Positions 22,737 through 32,635 of a stretch of DNA of 64,000 bases are shown one piece after another. The stretch is from Candidatus Woesearchaeota archaeon (lineage in GTDB: Archaea; Nanobdellota; Nanobdellia; Woesearchaeales; ARS49): contig JAFCDQ010000002.1 in assembly GCA_017609645.1 (NCBI GenBank), forward strand, positions 65,260 to 129,259, in the 5' to 3' direction. Position 1 is the stretch's first letter; the number at the start of each line of letters is the position of its first letter. The notes beneath the pieces were generated by a model, which saw only the letters and a list, made by a program, of their open reading frames with translations, was not told the origin of the DNA and ran no database searches. The translations under genes were made by a program, and so were the position numbers.

Positions 22737-23420
22737 CTATGAACTTTCGTTTTTTTGGCAAATCTCTTCAGGAGAACATCTATTTTTAACGCATAAATCA
22801 TCTGTACAGATGTTGCCATCATCACAATCAGCGTCTATATCGCAACAAAAAGAAGGAACTTTTGACTTGAAATATTTATTCATACATTTTCCTTTTTGTC
22901 TGTCACAATCGTCATATGTGCAAGGATCATCGTCATCACATTCAGCAGCAAAAAAACAAACTTTTAACTCCTGATCTTTTGGAACACAAATATCATTCAA
23001 ACAATTCTCATCTTCGTTACAAGACACATCTTGCGGACAATTTTTACAATTCTCTCCCTCATTAATAATATTATCTCCGCAATTTAAGTTACATTTACCT
23101 TTAACACAATTTTGAGGGTTGCAGTTAATTATTTTTTTTGTTTTTACACAAGCATTATTTCGACAATCATGACTGATTAAATCCATCATAGAACTATTGA
23201 TACAAAAATTCTCGTCTAAAGACAAACAATCAACACTATTATTTGTGAAAGGCGAACATTCATCATCAACACAAGCATAAGTAATATTAATTAATTTTTT
23301 ATCTTCACAATAAAGATCTGTTCTAATACATTCTTCAGGATTACAATGAGATTTTGAACAAGAAAGAAGAAATAGAATAAAAAGAATTAACAAAATTTTA
23401 TTTATTTTAAATTTATTCAT
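22737..23420 (-). CDS. Cys-rich secreted/lipoprotein with CTxD-type disulfide repeats
   Basis: LLSC lipobox-like signal; GENCKNCPQD, CDDDDPCTYDDC and CDDGNICTDDLC repeats. Confidence 0.75.
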   Translation of the reverse strand: MNKFKINKILLILFILFLLSCSKSHCNPEECIRTDLYCEDKKLINITYACVDDECSPFTNNSVDCLSLDENFCINSSMMDLISHDCRNNACVKTKKIINCNPQNCVKGKCNLNCGDNIINEGENCKNCPQDVSCNEDENCLNDICVPKDQELKVCFFAAECDDDDPCTYDDCDRQKGKCMNKYFKSKVPSFCCDIDADCDDGNICTDDLCVKNRCSPEEICQKNESS

Positions 23421-23421
23421 A

Positions 23422-24321
23422 TTAAAATTTATATTTTCTTTTTAATTTGCCAAGTTCTGATTTAATTCTGCTTAAATCAGTATCAAGCTCATCTAATGAA
23501 CTTTTCTTCTTTAACTTCAAGAAAGGCTTAGGCAATCTCTTTACAAAACTTTTCTTCTTGTGCTTTTTCTCACCAGACCGCTTAAACACAAAAATCATAG
23601 CCATAACTAATGCCAGAGATGCTGCAAGCGGAAGTAACGTAGGAAGTTTAGATTTTATTTTTTCACCAATCACTGCGACAGATTTTTCTTTTTCATCTTC
23701 AAGAACTTGCTCTTCTTTTAATTGCGTAGGCATTTCTTCAAAACCCATAGGAAAAGAAAAAGGCGGACTTCCTGCACACACTGTTGCTATACCCTGCGTA
23801 CTTGCAGCCACATTATTAAAAATCTTGAAATCAAAACGATATTTTCCAGGTAAAGTAGGAGTAAAAGAAGCTCTGCCAACTTTAACATCAGTAGTTTCAA
23901 TATAAAACCACTTATCATCTTTCTCATAAGAAACAATCAACTGACCACCTGTAGAAGGACTGATAGTTATAGGTGAATTTTCATCAACACAAAGTCGTTT
24001 TAGATAAATTCCATAAATATTTCCAACTGCTCCGCCGCCTCCACCTCCTCCAGTAACTGCAGGTGCAGGGGAAGGAGGCACAGGCTCGTCCTGAGCAATA
24101 TCATAAGCCTGAAAATAACCAGTATAACCACTTTCATTAAAAGTTTCTCCAGCATATTCTCCTGCATTAGATCTAGAACTATTATCATCACCAGGTTGAG
24201 CATCAACACCAAAAGGACTTGGCAAAAATCTTACAGAATAATTACCATCAGTAGCATAATATGCAAAAGCAACAGAACTAAAAATAATTATAAAAAAAAT
24301 TAAAATGAATAATTTTTTCAT
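23422..24321 (-). CDS. Cell-surface protein with signal peptide, Pro/Gly linker and C-terminal TM anchor
   Basis: Signal peptide, PPSPAP-G8 linker, TM and Lys-rich tail; ATGA overlap with the upstream fibre gene. Confidence 0.75.
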   Translation of the reverse strand: MKKLFILIFFIIIFSSVAFAYYATDGNYSVRFLPSPFGVDAQPGDDNSSRSNAGEYAGETFNESGYTGYFQAYDIAQDEPVPPSPAPAVTGGGGGGGAVGNIYGIYLKRLCVDENSPITISPSTGGQLIVSYEKDDKWFYIETTDVKVGRASFTPTLPGKYRFDFKIFNNVAASTQGIATVCAGSPPFSFPMGFEEMPTQLKEEQVLEDEKEKSVAVIGEKIKSKLPTLLPLAASLALVMAMIFVFKRSGEKKHKKKSFVKRLPKPFLKLKKKSSLDELDTDLSRIKSELGKLKRKYKF

Positions 24322-26798
24322 CTTGCACAACTCTGTTCGAGTTTAGATAATCTTTGTTCTAAATCATTTATTTTATTTTCCTGCTCTTGAGTTATTTGAT
24401 AAAGTCCTTGAATAGCTGCTAAAGAAACTCCTGCAACATCCATTGTGGTTATATGAAGATCAAATTCATTAAAACCAAATGCAGGATTAAAGTCCTGCGC
24501 CATAGGACCAATATGCCTAATTGAATCATCCTGAGTTTTATAATTCCATTCAGTAATTGGCATGTTTGCAATTTTTTCTACAATTTCTTTTTTATCTAAT
24601 TCTTTGAAATTTTCTTTTTTATTTTTATCACTTACAGCAGCCCATGCACTTCCTCCTCCTGCAAGAATGGTACCTGAACCAAAATTAGCAGAAGTAATAA
24701 TACGCATACCTCCTGTTGCTAAAAAAGTAACCTGCTTAGTATCATTACATCCTGATCTAACTGCAGAAGAACTACCCCACGCAAAACAACCAGAAGTATT
24801 AGCTTCAGCATTAATACCTGCTGCAAAAGAATAATTAGCATCTGCATCATTATTATAACCTCCTGGAATTGTAGAATAAGTTCCACGAGCATAATTTTGA
24901 CTTCCGCCACCAATAAAAGTATATGAATTTGTTGCACGATTATCCCAACCACCAACAATGGCAGCAGTAGAACCATTAAGAATATTATTAGAACCGCCAC
25001 AAATAACAGCATTATTAACACTTACCCCTCCAGGACTTTCAAGAAGATTACTTAAACCCCCTCCAATAAAACTGTTGCCAGAAGCATTCACCGTATTACT
25101 CTGCCCTCCTACAATAGCATTATAATTACTTGTGCTAACTCCAATAATATTTAAACCACCACCACCAATAAAACCATACTGACCACTAGCATTATTTAAA
25201 ACACCACCACAAATAGCAGTAGTTGTTGCAGTAGCTATATTACGATCACCACCTGCTATAACTGAATAAGTTCCCATAGCCTTATTACTAGCACCACCAC
25301 CGATAAAAGAATGTGAACCTTCTGCATCATTATTTTCACCACCAACAACAGAAGCACTAACAGTGCTTGCATTATTATTAAGACCTGCACCAACAAAAGT
25401 ATGTTGAGCAGTAGCTTTATTATTATTACCTCCAACAACAACAGAATGTGTGAAAGTTGCATTATTATCCTGCCCTCCACCTGTAAAAGCATATTGACCA
25501 GAAGCAATATTATTAAAACCGCCTCCAACAAAAGCAAAAACAGAACTCGCATTATTACCAGCACCGCCCACAATAGAAGCATTTTCTGCAGTAATTAAAT
25601 TATTTCTGCCGCCTGCTATTATAGAAAAATCATTAGTTATATTATTACTTAAACCACCTGTAATAACAGAATAATTTCCAATTATATCATTAGCATTTCC
25701 ACCGCCAATAAAAGAATATTGACTGCCCATAATATTAGTAAGACCGCCAACAATAGCACTGTAAATATTACCTGCAGTAACTTGATTACCTCTGCCCCCC
25801 AGCACAGCAGAATATTCAGATAAAGGACCTATAAAATTAAAATAACCTCCTCCAATAAAAGCAAAAGCAGCTCTGGCATTATTGGCAGCACCACCAACAA
25901 CAATAGAATTTGTTTCATTAGCATAATTAATTTCACCACCAGTACTACTGCCGCCTCCAACAACAACAGAATAAGTACCACTGGCATTATTCCACTGACC
26001 ACCACCAACAAAAGAATATTGACCAGTCGCTTCATTAGCTAAACCACCTACAATCACAGGATGAGTGTTAGTAATAACATTATTCTCCCCACTCCCAATA
26101 AAACCATATTGAGCACTAGCATTATTGCCAACACCACCTACAATAACATCATATCCTCCTCCATTAGAAATATTATTATCCTGACCTCCACCTATAAAAC
26201 CAACAGGATCAAGTACAAAATTATTCCAACCACCTGCAATCACAATATTATTACCGGTTCTAATTACGTTATCTACTCCTCCTCCAATAAAACCATATTG
26301 ACCTGAAATTAAATTATTCAAACCACTGCCAATACTTGAATGAGATGCAGTAACATTAGATCCTTGAGCAAAAGCATAACTAAAATCAGCAGTCGCTAAA
26401 CTAGTATTAGACTGTATACTTATTCTTGTTGAATTCATATAATAAACAGACTGAATGCCATTCTGGAAAGGCTGTCGAGTTTGCGTAACTCTAGTGTCAG
26501 CAACGTAAACATCAACATAATAAAAAGCATCATAACCCCAATCTAAAGTCAATTGTTCAGTAACATTACCTAACACAACATCAAAACGACTTTCGTTAAT
26601 TCCTTTATCAAAAGTTTCATTATAAATAGGAGTGCCGCCAACAGCTGTCTTGTAAATAACAATTGTAAGATTAGTTTCATTAAGTTCTTGATTATTCAAA
26701 TAAGCATCACCTTGAAAAGTCATCATCTGATTTAAACCAAAAGCAATACCTGTAAAAGCTAGAAAAAATATTAGGTATACTAAATATTTCTTATTCAC
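24318..26798 (-). CDS. Gly-rich repeat trimeric fibre/adhesin with C-terminal peptidase S74 (intramolecular chaperone) domain
   Basis: GTG start after GGAGG, signal peptide, about 30 repeats of a 15-aa xSFIGGGxxNxA unit, then SDKNKKENF...WNYK...HIGPMAQDF and a coiled coil. Confidence 0.88.
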   Translation of the reverse strand: MNKKYLVYLIFFLAFTGIAFGLNQMMTFQGDAYLNNQELNETNLTIVIYKTAVGGTPIYNETFDKGINESRFDVVLGNVTEQLTLDWGYDAFYYVDVYVADTRVTQTRQPFQNGIQSVYYMNSTRISIQSNTSLATADFSYAFAQGSNVTASHSSIGSGLNNLISGQYGFIGGGVDNVIRTGNNIVIAGGWNNFVLDPVGFIGGGQDNNISNGGGYDVIVGGVGNNASAQYGFIGSGENNVITNTHPVIVGGLANEATGQYSFVGGGQWNNASGTYSVVVGGGSSTGGEINYANETNSIVVGGAANNARAAFAFIGGGYFNFIGPLSEYSAVLGGRGNQVTAGNIYSAIVGGLTNIMGSQYSFIGGGNANDIIGNYSVITGGLSNNITNDFSIIAGGRNNLITAENASIVGGAGNNASSVFAFVGGGFNNIASGQYAFTGGGQDNNATFTHSVVVGGNNNKATAQHTFVGAGLNNNASTVSASVVGGENNDAEGSHSFIGGGASNKAMGTYSVIAGGDRNIATATTTAICGGVLNNASGQYGFIGGGGLNIIGVSTSNYNAIVGGQSNTVNASGNSFIGGGLSNLLESPGGVSVNNAVICGGSNNILNGSTAAIVGGWDNRATNSYTFIGGGSQNYARGTYSTIPGGYNNDADANYSFAAGINAEANTSGCFAWGSSSAVRSGCNDTKQVTFLATGGMRIITSANFGSGTILAGGGSAWAAVSDKNKKENFKELDKKEIVEKIANMPITEWNYKTQDDSIRHIGPMAQDFNPAFGFNEFDLHITTMDVAGVSLAAIQGLYQITQEQENKINDLEQRLSKLEQSCAR

Positions 26799-26860
26799 TA
26801 AATCCCCTCCTTTTATATATAACACAAAAGAATTATCATTTAAAAAGGTATCGGTAAATT

Positions 26861-28756
26861 TTAACGAATTCTAACAGTTTCAAGATTTTTAGGAGCAATA
26901 GTCTCAATACGCATCTGCTTATGCAAACTGCTAGACAAATCAAGAACACGAGAACTCTCACCATGCTGAATAATAACTTTTTTCGGTCTTGGCTGAAGCT
27001 TAAACATAAAATTCATCAACTGTTTCCTATCACTATGATCAGTAATTTCCAATCTTGCAATTTCCATTTTTAGTGGAACAACTTCTGTTTTTTTGCCTGA
27101 CTTGAAAATAAGTTCTCTTTCACCTTGATGCAAAATTCTAGAACCAAGACTGCCAGGACCTTGATAACAAGTAAAAATCAAAGTATTTTTTGGATTATCA
27201 CCAAGATACCTCAAATATTCAACAGACGGGCCGCCAACAAGCATACCACTAGTAGCAAGAATAACACAAGGACCATGATCTTCTAAAAGTTTCATCCTCT
27301 CTTTAGAACTGCCAATTCTTTTGAAAACAGGATTAAGGAAAGGATTTTGATCTTTATGAAAAATCAATTTCCTAATAGCACTGTTAAGATATTCAGGATA
27401 AGCAGTATGAATTGCAGTAACATCCCAAACCATGCCATCAATATAAACAGGAATACCTTCAAGTTCTTTGTTTCTAATCATATTCTCAATCAAAATAAGC
27501 ATATCCTGCGCCCTGCCCACTCCAAGAACAGGCATTAAAACTTTTCCTTTTCTTTTAATTGTATCCTTAATTAATTTTTTCAAATAATCATCCTGCTCTT
27601 TTTGCGGAGGCAAAACACAAGTCCTGCCGCCATAAGTAGATTCCATAATCACAGTTTCCAATCTAGGAAATTGAGTAATAGCAGGGTCAAGAAGAATTGT
27701 CTTGCCAAACTTTAAATCGCCGGTGTAGAGTAGATTATGCAAACCATTTCCAATATGCAAATGCGCCATAGCACTGCCAAGAATATGACCTGCATTGTAA
27801 AGAGTAAGCCTAACATCTGGAGTGATATCACTAACTTCTTCAAAATCCAAACAGATTGTATGCTTGACCATTTCTTTAACATCGTCGCTGCCATAAACAA
27901 GATCTTTATTCTCACTCTTCATAATTTTAATAAAATCTAATGCCAATAAAGCAGCAACATCTCTAGTAGGCTCTGTACAATAAACAGGACCTCTATAGCC
28001 ATACTTGAACAAATAAGGAACAAGACCTGAATGATCAAGATGAGCGTGCGTCAAAATAACAGCGTCTAATTGATCAATCTTAAACTCAGGAGCGTCAAGA
28101 TAAGGATAAGCTTCAGAACCCTCACCAGCAACATTAATACCACAATCCATCAAAATCCTAGACTCAGGAGTTTGCAACAACAAACAACTCCTTCCAACCT
28201 GCCTTCCTGCGCCAAGCATAGTAAGCCTAACCCATTCACTCTTTTTCTCTCTAATCCAGCCATCATAAATCCTATGCCCTGTTTTATCCAAAAATTTTTT
28301 CCTTTCCTCACTATGCTTGTAAAGAACCTTCCTAATATCCTCAATAATCTGCGACCTAATAGCAGGAGTTCTTCTAACTAAAGGAACCCACAAAGTATGT
28401 TCTCTAATTGCTTTTAATAAGCTGCCTTGTTTTCCGATGGCCAATCCAGGCTTTTCAGCCTCAATAACAACCATACTTCTCTGCTCATCAAAAATAATAT
28501 TACTAACTCCTGCATCCTCTGGCAGAATCTTTTTTATTTCTTTTTCAGCATTTTCTTTTGGAATGCAGATTTTCGGATCAGGTCTAAGTTCAATACGTTT
28601 TTTAAATTCATCAACAACTTTTTTTATTGCGCCAGTATTATTAAGAAAGAACTCTCTATCTTTAGTGTATAATACAATATTTGCTCCTTCATAACTAGCT
28701 TCGCTAATTTTATTCTCTGGAAGGAACTTTAAAATCTCCTTAATTATATCCGCCAT
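26861..28756 (-). CDS. fttA: Beta-CASP ribonuclease aCPSF1 / transcription termination factor FttA
   Basis: N-terminal KH domains (KPGLAIGK), HAHLDH, AGHILGS, ESTYG and HGE; adjacent to psmB as is common in archaea. Confidence 0.95.
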   Translation of the reverse strand: MADIIKEILKFLPENKISEASYEGANIVLYTKDREFFLNNTGAIKKVVDEFKKRIELRPDPKICIPKENAEKEIKKILPEDAGVSNIIFDEQRSMVVIEAEKPGLAIGKQGSLLKAIREHTLWVPLVRRTPAIRSQIIEDIRKVLYKHSEERKKFLDKTGHRIYDGWIREKKSEWVRLTMLGAGRQVGRSCLLLQTPESRILMDCGINVAGEGSEAYPYLDAPEFKIDQLDAVILTHAHLDHSGLVPYLFKYGYRGPVYCTEPTRDVAALLALDFIKIMKSENKDLVYGSDDVKEMVKHTICLDFEEVSDITPDVRLTLYNAGHILGSAMAHLHIGNGLHNLLYTGDLKFGKTILLDPAITQFPRLETVIMESTYGGRTCVLPPQKEQDDYLKKLIKDTIKRKGKVLMPVLGVGRAQDMLILIENMIRNKELEGIPVYIDGMVWDVTAIHTAYPEYLNSAIRKLIFHKDQNPFLNPVFKRIGSSKERMKLLEDHGPCVILATSGMLVGGPSVEYLRYLGDNPKNTLIFTCYQGPGSLGSRILHQGERELIFKSGKKTEVVPLKMEIARLEITDHSDRKQLMNFMFKLQPRPKKVIIQHGESSRVLDLSSSLHKQMRIETIAPKNLETVRIR

Positions 28757-28784
28757 TTTTCATTCAGAAATTATTTAATTTTCA

Positions 28785-29417
28785 TTAAATATCTACCTTG
28801 ATTAACAATTCTTTCTCAATAACAATATCAATACCCTTATCAGTTATTGTCCAAACATCAATACCATTACCAGTCGCAGTATCTCTTTGCAAAGCAGCAT
28901 TAATTGCTTTAACTGCTAATTTAATACCATCGTTCACACTTAAATCTTTTTTATATAGAGTCTCAAGAACACCAAAAGCAAAAACACTTCCAGAACCATC
29001 AGAAACATAATCATTAACATCTGTAACAGAACCATCAATACCAAGATCGTACAAATGGAAACCTGCTTTATCAACACCGCCTAAAAGAAAACCAACTACG
29101 CTTTGAATCATGCTAGGTTTTCTTAAGTTTGAATAAAGAAGACCTCCTAACATATTAGCAGCTTCTTTAAGATTAGATTTTCTATTAGTCTGAATATCTT
29201 TAAGTTTTAGCTGAGCTTTAATTATTTTAGTTAATAACTGAGCGTCAGATACTAAGCCAGCCATAGTTATTGCCATATCATCAGCTATCTTGAAAATCTT
29301 CTGAGCTCTTTTGTTAACAACAAAACCAGCAGTAGCTCTTTTATCTGCTGCTAATATTATCCCGTCTTTACAAACAATACCGACGGTTGTTGTTCCTTTT
29401 TTTAATTCGTTATTCAT
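28785..29417 (-). CDS. psmB: Proteasome beta subunit
   Basis: Short propeptide ending KG|TTTVG, AADKRAT, GSGS and RDTATG. Confidence 0.96.
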   Translation of the reverse strand: MNNELKKGTTTVGIVCKDGIILAADKRATAGFVVNKRAQKIFKIADDMAITMAGLVSDAQLLTKIIKAQLKLKDIQTNRKSNLKEAANMLGGLLYSNLRKPSMIQSVVGFLLGGVDKAGFHLYDLGIDGSVTDVNDYVSDGSGSVFAFGVLETLYKKDLSVNDGIKLAVKAINAALQRDTATGNGIDVWTITDKGIDIVIEKELLIKVDI

Positions 29418-29529
29418 ATATTTCACTTGAGAAATTTTATTTGATAAAGTGTTATATTGGTGGGTTGTATTTAAAGGTTTTGGTTTTAATTTAATAAGAG
29501 TTTTATACAAGCTGTTAAGAGAACTCTAT

Positions 29530-30111
29530 ATGAAAACAATCGGCATATGTGGGCCAAGTTGTAGTGGAAAAACAACCATAGCACAAGCATTAGCTAAAGA
29601 ATTAGATGCAAACAGTTTAAGTTTAGATAATTTCTATATCTTAGGAACTCAAAAAATATATGTTAAACATAATGGGGAGAAATTAAGAACATTTGAAAGA
29701 CCTGAATTATATGATGGAAACAGATTAGCAATAGTTGTTAATGAATTACAAAAAAATGGAAGAAGCAAGTTTAAAGCAATGTTGGATTTTAAGAAAAAAG
29801 AATACCAAGAAATTGAATTAGTGAAAAAAGATTTTCTTATTTTAGAAGGACTGCATCTTTTTCAATACGAACAGTTGAATAAATTAATTGAACATAAATT
29901 TTACATTGACCTTCCTTCAGAAATAATGTTAGAAAGGAGAGCTGAAAGAATGGGAAGAAATCATTCAGATTTAACTTTTCTGAAAATAGGACCTCAAGAA
30001 TGGGAAAAATATGGTTTAAAACAAAAAGATGTTCCAGATGTGGTTATATTAGATGGAAAAGAAGATTTGAACACTTTAAGTTTGAAATTATTGGTTTCTT
30101 TGTTAAAATAA
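29530..30111 (+). CDS. Uridine kinase / nicotinamide riboside kinase-like P-loop kinase
   Basis: IGICGPSCSGKTT, LDNFY and ILEGLHLF. Confidence 0.8.
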   Translation: MKTIGICGPSCSGKTTIAQALAKELDANSLSLDNFYILGTQKIYVKHNGEKLRTFERPELYDGNRLAIVVNELQKNGRSKFKAMLDFKKKEYQEIELVKKDFLILEGLHLFQYEQLNKLIEHKFYIDLPSEIMLERRAERMGRNHSDLTFLKIGPQEWEKYGLKQKDVPDVVILDGKEDLNTLSLKLLVSLLK

Positions 30112-30175
30112 ATATAGGGGTTATATCACTTTTACAGCAAGATTTTTAAAATAACAATCAATTTCTAACTACAGC

Positions 30176-30249
30176 GGGGCTGTGGGTTAGCTTGGCTATG
30201 CTTCCGGCCTTGGGCGCCGGAGACCCCGGTTCGAATCCGGGCAGTCCCA
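30176..30249 (+). tRNA. tRNA-Pro(TGG)
   Basis: Cloverleaf with anticodon arm CCGGC-CTTGGGC-GCCGG and GGTTCGAATCC. Confidence 0.96.
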
Positions 30250-30288
30250 TGCTTTTTTTAAGTTTGAATACAACAGCTAAAGAAAAAA

Positions 30289-30993
30289 CTAATTATCATA
30301 TTGATTATCTTCTTTTTTTTCATCTTTAATTGCTTTTAGATTACTGCTTGATTCCTGACCTGCTAATTTATTTCTCAACACTTGTTTTTCTAATTCATTC
30401 ATTCTTCCTGCTAACTCATCATATTTACACAAAGCTTCTGTTGCGCGACTTTTTTGATAAATTTTAACTTTTTGACCAAATTCTTCGTCATTTTCAAGGA
30501 TATTGTCAGCATATTCAATAATTTCCTTAACACTCTTACCACGTTTCATCAATGCATCTCTATTCACCTTAATATAATATCTAAGATAATCAAGACTCTT
30601 CTCTGCTTTTTTCGCAACTTTTTTGAATTTTTTATGTATATGTCTAAGAGCAAAAGTTAATACAATTCCTGTTGCAAGGATTATGTAAGTGCTTGTTGAA
30701 GGATTTCTATCTTTAGATATATAATCAATAATATCAATACTTCCTCCTAAAAAAACCGGCGTATAAATGGAGACTGCAGCCCAAAAAATGCCTTTAATCT
30801 TTTCACGTTTATCATTCATCTCATCATAATTTTTTTCATATTTTTCCATATAAAATTCAAAATCTTTGTCCATCGCGTCTTCAATTGTCTTAATATCTTG
30901 TTCAGTTTTATAATCTAGCTCAGCAGATTTAGCTCCTAAAAAAAGATTTTTAACCCATCCTAAAGCACCATCAACAACTTCGCCTAAGCCCAT
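30289..30993 (-). CDS. Hypothetical two-TM coiled-coil protein
   Basis: 234-aa ORF with AAGGAGG RBS. Confidence 0.7.
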   Translation of the reverse strand: MGLGEVVDGALGWVKNLFLGAKSAELDYKTEQDIKTIEDAMDKDFEFYMEKYEKNYDEMNDKREKIKGIFWAAVSIYTPVFLGGSIDIIDYISKDRNPSTSTYIILATGIVLTFALRHIHKKFKKVAKKAEKSLDYLRYYIKVNRDALMKRGKSVKEIIEYADNILENDEEFGQKVKIYQKSRATEALCKYDELAGRMNELEKQVLRNKLAGQESSSNLKAIKDEKKEDNQYDN

Positions 30994-31113
30994 AGCTATG
31001 CCTCCTTATATTTTTAACAAAAAATCACAGCACTGTTTCAAGTTGTTATTATTTTATTCAAAAAAACAGAGTTATCAATATAGTACTAGATTTAAAACTA
31101 TAAAAACTTTTGC

Positions 31114-32577
31114 CTAATAACTCTTAGCCAGATAAACAGTTTCTTTAGCAGGCTTTCCGCAGACAATGCACTTGTCAAACTTCTCTTTTTCATCCTTGAA
31201 TTTCTTGCCCCTAATAGAAATCAACAAATCTTTCTCAATACTTTCTGCGCAAGCATAAGCATCCATCTCAAGAGAACAAAAACCACAACGAACAATCTTC
31301 TTTTTCTTAATCGCTTCTTTAACTTCTTCCAAAGTATCACAATTCTGAACTTCATCCTCAAACTTAACAAGATTTTTTTTCTTAACATCAGCAGTATAAG
31401 AATCAGCAATCTTCTTAACATGAGCTCTTAAATCCTTAATCTTAACACTAGACTTCTTAGTATTATGCCTGACAACTAAAGTTACAGAATCATTCTCCAA
31501 ATCCTTAGGGCCAACTTCAATACGAATAGGAACTCCTTTCATCTCCCACTCATTAAATTTCTCACCAGGAGTTGCATAATCCCTGTCATCCAGCTTAACA
31601 ATATAATCTGACTTGAACTTTTTCTCAATCTCTTGACATTTTTTCAACACCTGAGCTTTAGATTTCTCAAAAATAATAGGAACAACAACAATCTGCACAG
31701 GAGCAAGATTAAAAGGCAAAATCAAACCTTGATCATCACCAAGCTTAGCAATCATAGCACCATAAATCCTGCTAATCGCAGGACCATAACAAGTAATATG
31801 ACCCAACTTTTCCTTATTATCCTTATCAACAAACTTAACATTAAAAGGCTTGGAAAAATTAGTGCCAAGCAAATGAGTTGAAGGCAATTGCAAAACTCTG
31901 CCAGAATCCATCAAAGCATCTGCAGCATAAGTATGAATAGCTCCAGGAAATTTATCCCATTCAGGTCTTTGAAAAAAAATAATAGGAATAGCAAACTCTT
32001 CTTCAATCATTAGATGAGTTACTTCCATATCTTCTAACACTTGATTTCTTGCATCTTCTTCTGTAGCAAAAACATTATGAGCTTCAATCCAATGAAATTC
32101 CCTTCCTCTAAAGAAAGGCCTTGTTGATTTTCCTTCATAACGCCAAACCTGACAAGACTGATAACGCTTGAAAGGAAGATCTTTATAACTACGAACCCAA
32201 TAAGAATACATCTTGTACAAAGCAGTTTCACTAGTAGGTCTAAGAGCTAATTTTTCATCAAGCTTAACATCACCTGCTTCTGTAACCCAAAAAACTTGGG
32301 GGATGAAGCCTTCAACATGCTCTGCTTCAAGCTTAAAATTTTCTTCAGGAATCAAAGAAGGCATAATCAAAGGAAGATGACCTTTTTCTTCTAGTAAATG
32401 CTCATACTTATCATACATTTTTTTAATAGTAATAGTAGACCAAGGCAAATAACAAACAAAACCCTTAATATTATACCTTAAATCAGCTAATTCTGCTTTA
32501 TGAACTAACTGAGTGTACCACTCAGAAAAATCATCTTCTTTTTTTACAGTAATTCCTTTAACAGCTTTACCAGCCAT
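31114..32577 (-). CDS. proS: Prolyl-tRNA synthetase, archaeal/eukaryotic type
   Basis: FSEWY, LALRPTSET, WRYE...PFFRGREF and C-terminal CIVCGK...AKSY. Confidence 0.97.
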   Translation of the reverse strand: MAGKAVKGITVKKEDDFSEWYTQLVHKAELADLRYNIKGFVCYLPWSTITIKKMYDKYEHLLEEKGHLPLIMPSLIPEENFKLEAEHVEGFIPQVFWVTEAGDVKLDEKLALRPTSETALYKMYSYWVRSYKDLPFKRYQSCQVWRYEGKSTRPFFRGREFHWIEAHNVFATEEDARNQVLEDMEVTHLMIEEEFAIPIIFFQRPEWDKFPGAIHTYAADALMDSGRVLQLPSTHLLGTNFSKPFNVKFVDKDNKEKLGHITCYGPAISRIYGAMIAKLGDDQGLILPFNLAPVQIVVVPIIFEKSKAQVLKKCQEIEKKFKSDYIVKLDDRDYATPGEKFNEWEMKGVPIRIEVGPKDLENDSVTLVVRHNTKKSSVKIKDLRAHVKKIADSYTADVKKKNLVKFEDEVQNCDTLEEVKEAIKKKKIVRCGFCSLEMDAYACAESIEKDLLISIRGKKFKDEKEKFDKCIVCGKPAKETVYLAKSY

Positions 32578-32621
32578 AAACAGAAAAAATCAAACCTAGT
32601 TTATAAAAATATTGCTGAATT
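32567..32621. repeat. 55-bp direct repeat, copy 1 (proS start plus promoter)
   Basis: Identical to 34657-34711. Confidence 0.95.
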
Positions 32622-32635
32622 AAAGAGTCTTTTAC

